From: a virus
Direction: 5' to 3' (one strand)
Length of the DNA: 64,000 nucleotides
IMG/VR virus record: IMGVR_UViG_3300047678_000169
Location: 16,239 to 80,238 of that record
A model generated the notes under the pieces. It was given only the letters and a program-made list of their open reading frames with translations. It did not search any database and was not told the DNA's origin. Below, in pieces: positions 30,798 through 39,765 of the stretch. The position numbers and the translations under genes were made by a program. Positions within the stretch are counted from its first letter, which is position 1. Every line of letters starts with the position of its first letter.

Positions 30798-31587
30798 TTA
30801 ATTTTCTCTTTTTACATACCAATCCAATATAACCATCATTTCTGCCGTTTGTCGATTCAATTAGATATTTTTCCTGAACAATTCCAATTATTTCTTCGTA
30901 GGTCGGTATTTCGATAAATTGTCCGTATAGAGTCATATACCTTCTTTCAATCGGCAGTTTAACATCAGTTTGTATATTGAACATCAACATTCCTTCTTCT
31001 GAAAGAAGGGTGTAAGCATCATCGAAAAACTTCAATCGTTGTTTGGGAGATAGATGTTGAAGAACATTGGAGCTAAATACTATGTTGAACTTGCCAGCAT
31101 TCTCTGAAACATATTCGGGAGGAATGTGTCCCTCAGAGGTGCATTTTTTAACATCTGGTGTTTTTGGAACAACGTCAAATCCTACATAATTGAACATAGT
31201 GGTTGCTTCAACATAATTTCGAAGAGAACCATAGCCAGGCCCAAGCTCCAACAGCGATAGATTGTAGTGTCGGAACTCGTCTATCCAATTTATAAGACCC
31301 ACACTACGAGCAATTCTCAAATTCATACGATTTCCACTCATATGATTGTAAGCAACTGTAGTTCCGTTATCGACGGCATTTGCTACACAATCGGTGCTAA
31401 ACAAATCCTCACACACTTTCCAAAAATCTTCCGAATTGATTACGTCTGGATGAAGAAGCTTCAAATCCTCTTCTGTTGGAATCCATGTTTTGGCTCTCCA
31501 AGCAGCAAGCCAGTCCTTATAAACTTCCAATGAGGTAATTTTGAAGTGTTCGGTGATTATCTTTTTTATTTCGTCGTAGGTTTTCAT
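30790..31587 (-). CDS. Class I SAM-dependent methyltransferase
   Basis: LLELGPGYG, FD, SSNVLQH. Confidence 0.8.
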   Translation of the reverse strand: MKTYDEIKKIITEHFKITSLEVYKDWLAAWRAKTWIPTEEDLKLLHPDVINSEDFWKVCEDLFSTDCVANAVDNGTTVAYNHMSGNRMNLRIARSVGLINWIDEFRHYNLSLLELGPGYGSLRNYVEATTMFNYVGFDVVPKTPDVKKCTSEGHIPPEYVSENAGKFNIVFSSNVLQHLSPKQRLKFFDDAYTLLSEEGMLMFNIQTDVKLPIERRYMTLYGQFIEIPTYEEIIGIVQEKYLIESTNGRNDGYIGLVCKKRKLNA

Positions 31588-31832
31588 TTTTGCAATACTA
31601 AAACTTTTTTGTCATACGGAATGAACGCTTCATAACCAAGTTTTGAACGAGCGTTTATCCAATTACCTTTTGAATTCTTTACACTCGCAATCTTTTTCAA
31701 AGGTTCGGTGTCGTCTATACCACTAGAAGTAAGTCTTGGGCGACGATTGAAAAATTCTTGTCCAATTGGTAAAGAGGAAAATTCAATATTTTTGAACTCT
31801 CTATCATCATATGCGTTTAAGTCATAGGTCAT
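31584..31832 (-). CDS. Hypothetical protein
   Basis: Operonic ORF. Confidence 0.55.
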   Translation of the reverse strand: MTYDLNAYDDREFKNIEFSSLPIGQEFFNRRPRLTSSGIDDTEPLKKIASVKNSKGNWINARSKLGYEAFIPYDKKVLVLQK

Positions 31833-31835
31833 AAA

Positions 31836-32266
31836 TTAAGCTTTTTCTTTAGCGGTATCTTCTTTTTGAGATTTCTTTTCAACTACAGGCCTCTTTACTT
31901 TAAATTCTGGTTCATTCCACGCAGTCTGTGTATATTTTCTCTCAGGCCTCGATGAAGTTTGTTGACGGACAATCTTTTGCCCATGAATTGAAACGGTGTC
32001 CTTTAAAGCCGTGATGGTCTTTGTCATTCTTTTCATTTCATCATTGTGCTCTTTATGAGCCCCCACCAATCTCTTTGTTGTCTCTTCGTTTCTTTTTAAA
32101 TCAATTTCAAGTTGAACAATTTGAGCTTGTCTGTTTACATCTTGATTTCTAAAATAAACAACAATAACCGTTAAGCCAATATAGACAACCCAAAAGTTGT
32201 CTCTCCAATAAGCCATTGCCAAAGGAACTAAAAAAACCGTCGCTAGCCAAGTCAGATTTATACGCA
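31836..32266 (-). CDS. Membrane protein (2 TM plus coiled coil)
   Basis: MRINLTWLATVFLVPLAMAYW...; start placed downstream of the terminator. Confidence 0.6.
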
Positions 32267-32267
32267 T

Positions 32268-32301
32268 AAAAAAAGGATACCCAAACATATCGGGTATCCT
32301 T
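32268..32301 (-). terminator. Intrinsic terminator
   Basis: AAGGATACCC-loop-GGGTATCC followed by a T-run. Confidence 0.75.
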
Positions 32302-32317
32302 GTGATGGTCAAGTCAA

Positions 32318-32983
32318 TTAAACTCTAGCCTTGTGCTCTCTAATTTCCCTCACGTTGGTCATGAAGGGAACCCAAGAGGGGTGATGTGCAACGTCAATGG
32401 TAGAACTTAACGGAACACTCTTTGGAGAAACTGGCTTACGGATTAACTTTAAGCCAGCCTGGTCAGGAGTCTTGTCAGCCTTTTTAGAGTTGACGTTCTT
32501 CTCAGCCCAAACCATGTTTTCAAAGGTGTTCTTTCCACCCTGAGCACGAGGAATAACGTGGTCGATGTTACCTTCGCTCTTACCAATTAACTTTCCGGTG
32601 TATTGACACACTCCACCGTCACGGCGCCGAATAGCATCCTTGGTAGGGCGCGGAGTAATCAAAGGCATCTTAGAGAAATTGGTTTGAACAATGACACGAG
32701 GAGCACGGATTTCCATGTGGCCAGTGTGGATAACCAAATCGTAGGAACGAATCGGAAGCTTGACCCACTCATCCCAAGTAACAGGGTTGGCGTAAATCAT
32801 GTTGCTGTAATCAACTTCGCCGGTGGCGGCATCGACCTCAAACTCTTGGTCAATAGCCATCGCTGGCGGATTCTCACCGTCCTTTCCACCAAGCATTGCG
32901 ACAAGGGCTTCCTTGACGTTCTTGGGTGAAATAGGTTGCCATAGTGCGTTTAACACTAAGACTGGTTGATTTAATACGTTCAT
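32318..32983 (-). CDS. HNH endonuclease (McrA-like)
   Basis: VLVLN..WQ, RD.GVCQYTG, NIDHVIPRAQGG, NSKKAD. Confidence 0.9.
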   Translation of the reverse strand: MNVLNQPVLVLNALWQPISPKNVKEALVAMLGGKDGENPPAMAIDQEFEVDAATGEVDYSNMIYANPVTWDEWVKLPIRSYDLVIHTGHMEIRAPRVIVQTNFSKMPLITPRPTKDAIRRRDGGVCQYTGKLIGKSEGNIDHVIPRAQGGKNTFENMVWAEKNVNSKKADKTPDQAGLKLIRKPVSPKSVPLSSTIDVAHHPSWVPFMTNVREIREHKARV

Positions 32984-32990
32984 AGATGTA

Positions 32991-33018
32991 ACATTAGGTT
33001 GTTTTTATAAAAAGTCAA
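32991..33018 (-). promoter_or_regulatory. Sigma70-type promoter
   Basis: TTGACT-N16-TAATGT-N7-ATG. Confidence 0.65.
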
Positions 33019-33122
33019 GGTTTAGTTTGTCTTTTATAAGTTGTTGATTTGCAACCACCTGTAAACTGGCTGAGTTTTAAATCGTCTGTCTAATACGCTT
33101 AAATGACTGACAATAAATATCA

Positions 33123-33638
33123 TCAGATATGCGGATTCTTCTCGACGATGTATTTTTCTGTTTTTCTTAGCAGATTGATAATGTCGGGAAGATTTGGTAA
33201 CACTATCATTTCAATTCCCTTTGTATAAGAAAGCATAAGCTCGTAGATTTTAGCTTCGCTATCATCTTGCATAACCGCTTTGTTTCCGTCTGTAGTGACA
33301 ATTCTTTTTACTCCCTTTTGGAGTATCATTCTCAAACACCTGTGACATGGGCGGCCGGTGACATACATTGTGGAACCAACAATGTCTTGGAAACTACCAT
33401 TGTATGCCAGCAGGCAATTTTCTTCTGCGTGAAGTAGGTGGGCATATTTGGCTGGTCGTTCCAATGGAATCAAAGAGTCATCAGAGCCTTTGATTGGACC
33501 GTTGTAGCCAGTAGATAACACCTTGTTTTCGGAACTGACAAGAACCGCTCCACATTTGGTGGATGGGTCTGGACTACGTTGTGCCACTAAGAAGCACATC
33601 GTCAAAAAATAATCATCATACTCAATCTTATCACTCAT
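33123..33638 (-). CDS. dCMP deaminase
   Basis: RSPDPSTKCGA, TGYNG, HAEEN, PCHRC. Confidence 0.93.
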   Translation of the reverse strand: MSDKIEYDDYFLTMCFLVAQRSPDPSTKCGAVLVSSENKVLSTGYNGPIKGSDDSLIPLERPAKYAHLLHAEENCLLAYNGSFQDIVGSTMYVTGRPCHRCLRMILQKGVKRIVTTDGNKAVMQDDSEAKIYELMLSYTKGIEMIVLPNLPDIINLLRKTEKYIVEKNPHI

Positions 33639-33879
33639 ACTGTTGTTTTTCTGTAATTGGAAGTTGGGAAAATGGAATAACAAATCTGGACTCACAGTGC
33701 CTACATGTTGCTAGGCCTGATTGATATACTCTAACCACCGAATCATTTTTGTTACATGAATCGCAATGCCATTTCTCTTTATCTCGCACCAAGTATAAGA
33801 AAGATGGGGTCGGCTTTTGGTGTGGGTATATTCCCACACACCAAAATGACGCTAGAGAGCAAATTACGTTCATTAACAA
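33631..33879 (-). CDS. Small Zn-ribbon protein
   Basis: CDSC...CRHC. Confidence 0.5.
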   Translation of the reverse strand: MLMNVICSLASFWCVGIYPHQKPTPSFLYLVRDKEKWHCDSCNKNDSVVRVYQSGLATCRHCESRFVIPFSQLPITEKQQYE

Positions 33880-33906
33880 AAAACCTCCGATTTTAAGCCG
33901 GAGGTC
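33878..33906 (-). terminator. Intrinsic terminator
   Basis: ACCTCCGG-loop-TCGGAGGT TTTTT. Confidence 0.7.
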
Positions 33907-33935
33907 TTCGGTGTTTAACCAAAAATTCGAGCTTA

Positions 33936-34142
33936 TTAGGCGAGAACCTTACGAAGTGTTGCAACTTGGCGTCCATCAAGACGAATCTTGGTGAATTCAT
34001 TCGTCTCAGGATTTACTCCAGAGAGAGTGAGATAGGTTGCTTCGCTCTTCGTGTTTGCCTTCGATAGATAGGCAACGAAGTTTTCTTGATTAACGTAAAC
34101 GGAAGTCTTGCGTCCGTTGTGGGTAGTGCGGGTCTTTGTCAT
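33936..34142 (-). CDS. Small hypothetical protein
   Basis: AAGGA RBS; followed by a terminator. Confidence 0.7.
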   Translation of the reverse strand: MTKTRTTHNGRKTSVYVNQENFVAYLSKANTKSEATYLTLSGVNPETNEFTKIRLDGRQVATLRKVLA

Positions 34143-34170
34143 AGTATTTTTATTCCTTATATTAGGAGTA

Positions 34171-35136
34171 TTAAGATGCCATTTTGTAACCGATAAGGCT
34201 GTTTGTCAACGTTTTTTCGTGTATAATAATCGCTTTCTCTTTACCTTTGAACTCAAACTCTAAGTGAAGCTTCTTTTTATACAGTCGATATTCCCAAGAA
34301 TCTCTCCAAGGAGAAATGGCATGGGCGCGGGAAACTTTGTCCTTCTCATGGTCAGAATAATGAAATAAAGGAGTAATTTTTTTAGGCCAAGTAGAAACAC
34401 AAACTTTAAGAGCGGTCATTGCATCGTATCCATCAGGATTTAAAGCATGATGGAGATTGTCATAGGTGATAGGAATTTTTCTCTTGGAAAAAATGTAATT
34501 TTGAAGAGCCTTAACTGACCAACTATTTTTCTTGTCTTCATTTTCAAGAACCAAACGAAGTCTGACTGAATCTGGCAATGAATCGTATTCGTGAATGAAT
34601 CTATCAGCAATTTTTTGAAGTGTTTCGTGTCCGCCACCCAAGAAGCAATTCAAATGAATGTTGATAGGAGCTTGGTAAGACCTTGGAAGTTCGAGTAAAT
34701 CCATAATGAACCCATGTTGAATTAATTCACGGCGAGCCGACTCACGAACATGGTCTTTTTCGGAAGCTAAGACAACAAATTGGTCAGGATGCATACTACA
34801 ACGCATATCGCTACCAATCATGAAATAACCAATAGATGCAGCAGCCTTCTTAATTTTATCAGCATCTTTCAAGTCCTCAAGTTGGTATTGAACTTGAGGA
34901 TGGGTCATCAACGGAAACACGTTACTTCCAATTCTATAATTCCAACCGTGGTTAGAACAAGTCAAGATGTGCTGTTTGATAGCCTTCATGTTGGCTAGAG
35001 CTCGTTCTGACAATGCTTCCATTGCTTTTGCTTTGCCAAGTTTGACGTATTGTGAATACGTCATGGTTTTAAACTTACACCCCTTATCTTGAAGGCCGGT
35101 GTGGATGCAGCAAAGAGACGGTTTATGTTGAATCAT
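34171..35136 (-). CDS. uvsE: UV damage endonuclease
   Basis: YRIGSNVFP, SMHPDQF, LENED, YDNLHH, FHYS, RAH. Confidence 0.92.
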   Translation of the reverse strand: MIQHKPSLCCIHTGLQDKGCKFKTMTYSQYVKLGKAKAMEALSERALANMKAIKQHILTCSNHGWNYRIGSNVFPLMTHPQVQYQLEDLKDADKIKKAAASIGYFMIGSDMRCSMHPDQFVVLASEKDHVRESARRELIQHGFIMDLLELPRSYQAPINIHLNCFLGGGHETLQKIADRFIHEYDSLPDSVRLRLVLENEDKKNSWSVKALQNYIFSKRKIPITYDNLHHALNPDGYDAMTALKVCVSTWPKKITPLFHYSDHEKDKVSRAHAISPWRDSWEYRLYKKKLHLEFEFKGKEKAIIIHEKTLTNSLIGYKMAS

Positions 35137-35142
35137 TGTTAC

Positions 35143-35170
35143 ATATTATAGTAACAATCATTCGTGTCAA
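35143..35170 (-). promoter_or_regulatory. Sigma70-type promoter for uvsE (leaderless spacing)
   Basis: TTGACA-N16-TAATAT-N6-ATG. Confidence 0.7.
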
Positions 35171-36219
35171 CGCATTTTTCTTCTTATAAAAACAAACCCA
35201 ATGGACACGGCTATAAAAATAGCTCCATAGGTTGAAGGTTCTGGCACCGGACGAGAAACTTGTGCTCCAAATCCCATAAAATCCATGTTTCCATACCCAG
35301 CAGAATCGGTATTTGTTGGATAGTAGGTGGCATTGTTCCAATTGACCAATTGTGTTCCCGTTGTAGCAGTAACATCACCAGCCATCAGTGAATATCCGTA
35401 AATAGTTTGTCCAGGACTCAATCCTAAATCTGCCATACGAATCAAAATACCCACAAGATATAAATCGTTTGCTCCCAAGGTTCCTGAATTCGTATCCACT
35501 GTTGCTACTGTTTGATTTGTATTGTTTGTGGGGCTTGTGTAAAGATTGTCTCCAAACGTTGTGGTTGAACGAAGATATGTTCCATTGGTTCCGTCAGGCG
35601 TTCCCACAGGCCCACCAAATGAATCGGATGCAACTAACAATCCACTGTTGGCATATGCAGTTGGTGTTCCTGCTCCATCAACTGATGTATAAGCTGCGAT
35701 GCGGAAGCCGTCGCCGAAGTTATTTTGGTTTTCCAAATCAAAAAATACCAATGCATCGTTGGCTTGAACAGTATATCCCCCACTAAAATAAAAATCCATT
35801 CTTTCAATGTTGGTGTTCTGTGCGCTGGTTCCGTTTGCAAATGGATTTCTGATTCCTTGGCTTAAATCACCACTCAACATAACTTCTGAAAGAGTTGGAG
35901 TTGTATCTCCAGCTCCTATAACTTGATTGGGGGAACCGAGAGAGTTGTATTGATAAAATACCGTAGAGTTATTTGGGCTTGTTGTTCCCGTGTTTCTTCT
36001 GAAAAATACATTGTCGGCGACCGGACCAGTAAATTGATAATCTCCTAGTGTCGTATTGATTGTCGATACTACTGAAGTCTGATTCAAGTATCTAATTTCA
36101 TCGACGTTTCTGTTGGCTCCATTTGATGAAACGCCATACGTCACACTGTTGACTGCCACTTGTCCGAAGCAAGATGACACCAATAATAGGAGAAAAATGA
36201 GTTTTTTGTAGGGGTTCAT
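35167..36219 (-). CDS. Secreted PEP-CTERM sorting-domain protein
   Basis: N-terminal signal peptide; C-terminal VPEPSTY, TM helix, RRKMR. Confidence 0.9.
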   Translation of the reverse strand: MNPYKKLIFLLLLVSSCFGQVAVNSVTYGVSSNGANRNVDEIRYLNQTSVVSTINTTLGDYQFTGPVADNVFFRRNTGTTSPNNSTVFYQYNSLGSPNQVIGAGDTTPTLSEVMLSGDLSQGIRNPFANGTSAQNTNIERMDFYFSGGYTVQANDALVFFDLENQNNFGDGFRIAAYTSVDGAGTPTAYANSGLLVASDSFGGPVGTPDGTNGTYLRSTTTFGDNLYTSPTNNTNQTVATVDTNSGTLGANDLYLVGILIRMADLGLSPGQTIYGYSLMAGDVTATTGTQLVNWNNATYYPTNTDSAGYGNMDFMGFGAQVSRPVPEPSTYGAIFIAVSIGFVFIRRKMR

Positions 36220-36234
36220 ACCTATAAGTATTGT

Positions 36235-37053
36235 TTAGGGTATAATAAATCCACTTGGGTCGTATTTACAAGGAGCTTTTATCCATTTTTCACAATACAC
36301 ATCCTTTGGGTCAGCGTGGACCAGTAATTCTGGCCCAAACCAAACTTCTGGAGCTATTACAACCTTATTTGGATTGTCTGATAGCCACGCTCCCCACCAA
36401 GTAAATGTAGAATTAGATATAGCAAAATGATGACACAAAGATAACAGCCACAAAGCCTCATGTCGAATGTAATCCACATAAACTACGTTAGAAAAATGTA
36501 AATTTTGTTTACACCATTCAACATCGTCACTCACAATAAAAATGAAATCACTCTGAGGCAACATTTCTTTGACCATGTAAAGGTAATCCTTTGATACAAC
36601 AGGATGCCTGTTTGGAAATGTTAAGAAATCTCCTCTTCTGACAACGATGGCGGATGTGATTCCTTGTTTTAGTTGGGGATATTCTTGATACACTTTGGTT
36701 AAAAACTCTTCCGTAGGACCGTAGAGAGATTTTATCTCATTGGCATACTCTTTGAAAAATTTTTCGCTTTCAAAGTATCCCCTAAATACCGTGGGTTTTG
36801 TATCGTGTGGAGTCAACAACGTATAATGATGTGGGCTTTGAATGTAATGATATGAGTCGTCATTTTCTGGAGACCTATCAATGGTAAATTCAAGTTTCCT
36901 AAACACTGTAGAGTAATAATCGCTTACAGATGTATCATGTTTTGGTAAAATCAACTGTCGATTGTGACGAATTGATTGGGCATAGACATTTGCAATTTGA
37001 AACATCTGGTTTCCAAGTCTTCCTGTCATTCTACATGTTACAAAGTTGTTCAC
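36235..37053 (-). CDS. Alpha-1,2-fucosyltransferase-like (GT11)
   Basis: GRLGNQMFQ, VRRGD, SDDVEWC, SNSTFTWWGAWL. Confidence 0.92.
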   Translation of the reverse strand: MNNFVTCRMTGRLGNQMFQIANVYAQSIRHNRQLILPKHDTSVSDYYSTVFRKLEFTIDRSPENDDSYHYIQSPHHYTLLTPHDTKPTVFRGYFESEKFFKEYANEIKSLYGPTEEFLTKVYQEYPQLKQGITSAIVVRRGDFLTFPNRHPVVSKDYLYMVKEMLPQSDFIFIVSDDVEWCKQNLHFSNVVYVDYIRHEALWLLSLCHHFAISNSTFTWWGAWLSDNPNKVVIAPEVWFGPELLVHADPKDVYCEKWIKAPCKYDPSGFIIP

Positions 37054-37715
37054 ACTATTCTAAATTTGTTATAAGAGCCATTCCATATATCGTGGGTAAT
37101 AGCGTTTCCCGTTATATCAATATCAGATTCTCCTTCACGTTGAATTACTGACATAGGATGGACAAAGTATTTATTGAAATAGGTTCTATCACCAATCCAT
37201 CCATCATAGATACAATCAGTGTATGGTCTAAAAGTCAATAATTCATCGATACATTTACTGTTTATTCCTACAGCATGGAACGTTAAAACAATGTTCGGCT
37301 TCAAAAGATTTTCAGACACTCTTTTTACTTCTCCGTCTATTATCAATCCTCCAAAATAAAGAAAATCCCAATCTGGAAATTCTGAAATTTGGTCTAATGC
37401 TTTTTCTACATTTTCAAGACCATTTTCACAAAACATCATGTCATCTTCACAGACCAACACTCTGTCATAGCCTTCTTCTTTTATCTTTAAAAATGTGTTG
37501 TGAAAGGCTTTGCTACAGCAATCTCCTTTCCAAACTGTTTCATTTTCGCTTGGCTTGTTTTCTTTCGCTGTTTCTATATCATCTACACCTGGAATTCTTT
37601 CAAAGAAAGAAGAGAGGCCAATTCTTGAAACTTCATTTTCAAATAGCTTCTTTCTTTCTGGTCTCTTATCAAGATTTATGTAATATCCCTTTTGAAAAAA
37701 CTCGTCAATCTTCAC
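37050..37715 (-). CDS. Glycosyltransferase family 25
   Basis: YINLDKRPER, VLVCEDD, WDFLYFGG. Confidence 0.88.
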   Translation of the reverse strand: MKIDEFFQKGYYINLDKRPERKKLFENEVSRIGLSSFFERIPGVDDIETAKENKPSENETVWKGDCCSKAFHNTFLKIKEEGYDRVLVCEDDMMFCENGLENVEKALDQISEFPDWDFLYFGGLIIDGEVKRVSENLLKPNIVLTFHAVGINSKCIDELLTFRPYTDCIYDGWIGDRTYFNKYFVHPMSVIQREGESDIDITGNAITHDIWNGSYNKFRIV

Positions 37716-37722
37716 TGTAAAT

Positions 37723-38127
37723 TGGTGGACCTGCGGGGAGTTGAACCCCGGTGTTTCATAAATTGCTCATCAGACATATACAAGCGTTAACACGGTGGAT
37801 ATGATTGTGGTTAGTAGTGTGCTCCACAAAAATTAGAGTCAGTAGTTTCTTCGTTGTTACAGTCTCACTTTCTCACAACGAACATATCAGCAGAGGTTGA
37901 CGTATTGACCCACTTATCTGCGTGGTGGAATACGGACTGCTCAGTTTATTAAGCAGCGACAGCCATAGCGGCTCCAACGTTCTTCGCCTTGCGGAGAAGT
38001 GTTAGAACATTTAGCTTAGCAAGATTTCTCTTAGCATTTAGTTTTTGTAATCAGGATTATGCAGGATGTTTACCACCTGCGCTTGCGTTCCGAGCTCAAC
38101 CCATAAAGTCGAATCCTGGACAGGCCC
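37723..38127 (-). ncRNA. ssrA: tmRNA
   Basis: 5' GGGCCUG..GGAUUCGAC; 3' T arm plus CAGGUCC-A-CCA with G3.U70; tag ORF 38035-37949 (AKRNLAKLNVLTLLRKAKNVGAAMAVAA) after the UAAAU resume context. Confidence 0.93.
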
Positions 38128-38329
38128 AAAAATAAACAGACGGTAGATGTGTGTGGCTTTCCAGTTCGGCGGAGGCTTCCTATTCCGTGACTTCGGGTTT
38201 TGTTCAAAAAGAACTTTCCTACTATTGTGTCGTTGGAAAACGCTACGTATAACATAAGTGGCAGTGTAATCTCTACTCATATCTGCTCCGTTAGGAGTTT
38301 ATCCGTCTGCTATAAAATTGTTTAGTATC

Positions 38330-38372
38330 AAAGAACTGTCTATAAATATAGTCCGTTTTATTGATAAGTCAA
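38330..38372 (-). promoter_or_regulatory. Composite sigma70/late promoter with boxA-like element, upstream of the ncRNA and tmRNA
   Basis: TTGACT-N16-TATATT overlapping TATTTAT, then GACAGTTCTTTGA; 16-nt identity with 47954-47969. Confidence 0.6.
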
Positions 38373-38379
38373 CTATATT

Positions 38380-39753
38380 TTATCTATCCGATTCAATATA
38401 AATTCTATTAACATCTATCCCAACGGTTCCGACGGTCGTATTTGTAGCGCCGTTTCCTATTACTACCTGAGGACCAAGAAATACCGTGGATGTTGGGAGA
38501 TTGTTTGTTATACTCGAATTTATCAACGTTGTCGCAAGAGAACCAGAACCATTGTCTTGCATATCTACTCTGAAATAAACTGTTGAATCATTTGGTTTTG
38601 CATACATATAAACGTCAAAGACACTTCCTCCGTTGATGACCGAGCCACTTATTGCTGTCGAATAAGTTCCTACGGTATCTCTCGAAATAAATGATAGAGA
38701 ACTTCCCGAATCAAATGAAGCTTTCCACAATCCGATTGTGTTATTTTGCATTGTATCTGACGATACTACTTCTGCAGTTCCGGGAGTCATACCACAAAAA
38801 ATTCTAGAACCGGATGCCCAAGCAGCAATTCCAAATCTAGCGAAGAAAAACCAGCCACCCAAACCAGAAGAATTTCCTCTCCAAAATTGAGGGCTTCCGG
38901 CGGCCGTGCAAATTATTCCCATTGATTGATTTTGTGTCGTGGCCGCATTGACATGCCTTGTTCTTTTTAGAGAATTCAATAAAACAGGAACAGTAGATGT
39001 TGGCGTCGGTGTAGATACTGTTCCTGCGCTTCCGCCTTTTGCCCATGTTGTTCCAAAACCAAGAGTGACGGTAGTTCCACTTGAGGGTGTATAAAATATT
39101 TGTGTGTTTCCAAATAATGCTGGTTGAAATGGAGTGTCGATTCCTGATGGACCGACCCATTTTGGCAACATTCTTCCTGAAACATTTTTTGAATATATTC
39201 TTAAGTTATTAGAAGATGAACCTGCCGGCTCATTTGTTATTCCATTCAATATTATACTTGTGTCAGTTCCATTTAATCCGAATTCATTGGCACTTTTATC
39301 CCAAGTGATATTAGAATCTCCACCGATTATATTTCCTCCGTCATTAAATTGAATGGATTTATCTGTTCCCGATGCAATTAATCCCATTCCTGTCAAAACA
39401 TTTCCATTTGAATCAAGAACATTCCATCCAGAATCCCATACAAATTGCATTGTATATCCACCCAAAAGATTTATTTTAATTAATTCTACCGATGTAGTTC
39501 CGTCAAAATGTTGAGCTGTAATCACGTTTGGACCGGTTGATGTATTTCTAATACTGATAAATTTGGCCTGTCTTTGCGTCGACCCGGCTGGCGACCCGAT
39601 TATAGTTGTTGTGGTTGCTGACGAAACAATAGTATTTGTTCTTCCGGGAGTGAACGTTGATGTAGTTTGGTCGGCCCAGCTTGCTTGGATATTAATACTA
39701 GCCGTGGTTGTGGTGACTATTCTGATAATGTCTGATGTGGATGTTAGTAACAT
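38380..39753 (-). CDS. Virion structural / tail-fibre-like protein
   Basis: G/S/T-rich beta protein containing the IQFNDGG..GGDS phage fibre motif. Confidence 0.7.
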   Translation of the reverse strand: MLLTSTSDIIRIVTTTTASINIQASWADQTTSTFTPGRTNTIVSSATTTTIIGSPAGSTQRQAKFISIRNTSTGPNVITAQHFDGTTSVELIKINLLGGYTMQFVWDSGWNVLDSNGNVLTGMGLIASGTDKSIQFNDGGNIIGGDSNITWDKSANEFGLNGTDTSIILNGITNEPAGSSSNNLRIYSKNVSGRMLPKWVGPSGIDTPFQPALFGNTQIFYTPSSGTTVTLGFGTTWAKGGSAGTVSTPTPTSTVPVLLNSLKRTRHVNAATTQNQSMGIICTAAGSPQFWRGNSSGLGGWFFFARFGIAAWASGSRIFCGMTPGTAEVVSSDTMQNNTIGLWKASFDSGSSLSFISRDTVGTYSTAISGSVINGGSVFDVYMYAKPNDSTVYFRVDMQDNGSGSLATTLINSSITNNLPTSTVFLGPQVVIGNGATNTTVGTVGIDVNRIYIESDR

Positions 39754-39765
39754 ATGTTAATCTTT

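Noticed and set aside
33037-33062. Imperfect palindrome TAAGTTGTTGATTTGCAACCACCTG
   Set aside because: Single occurrence in the window; not enough support for a binding site.
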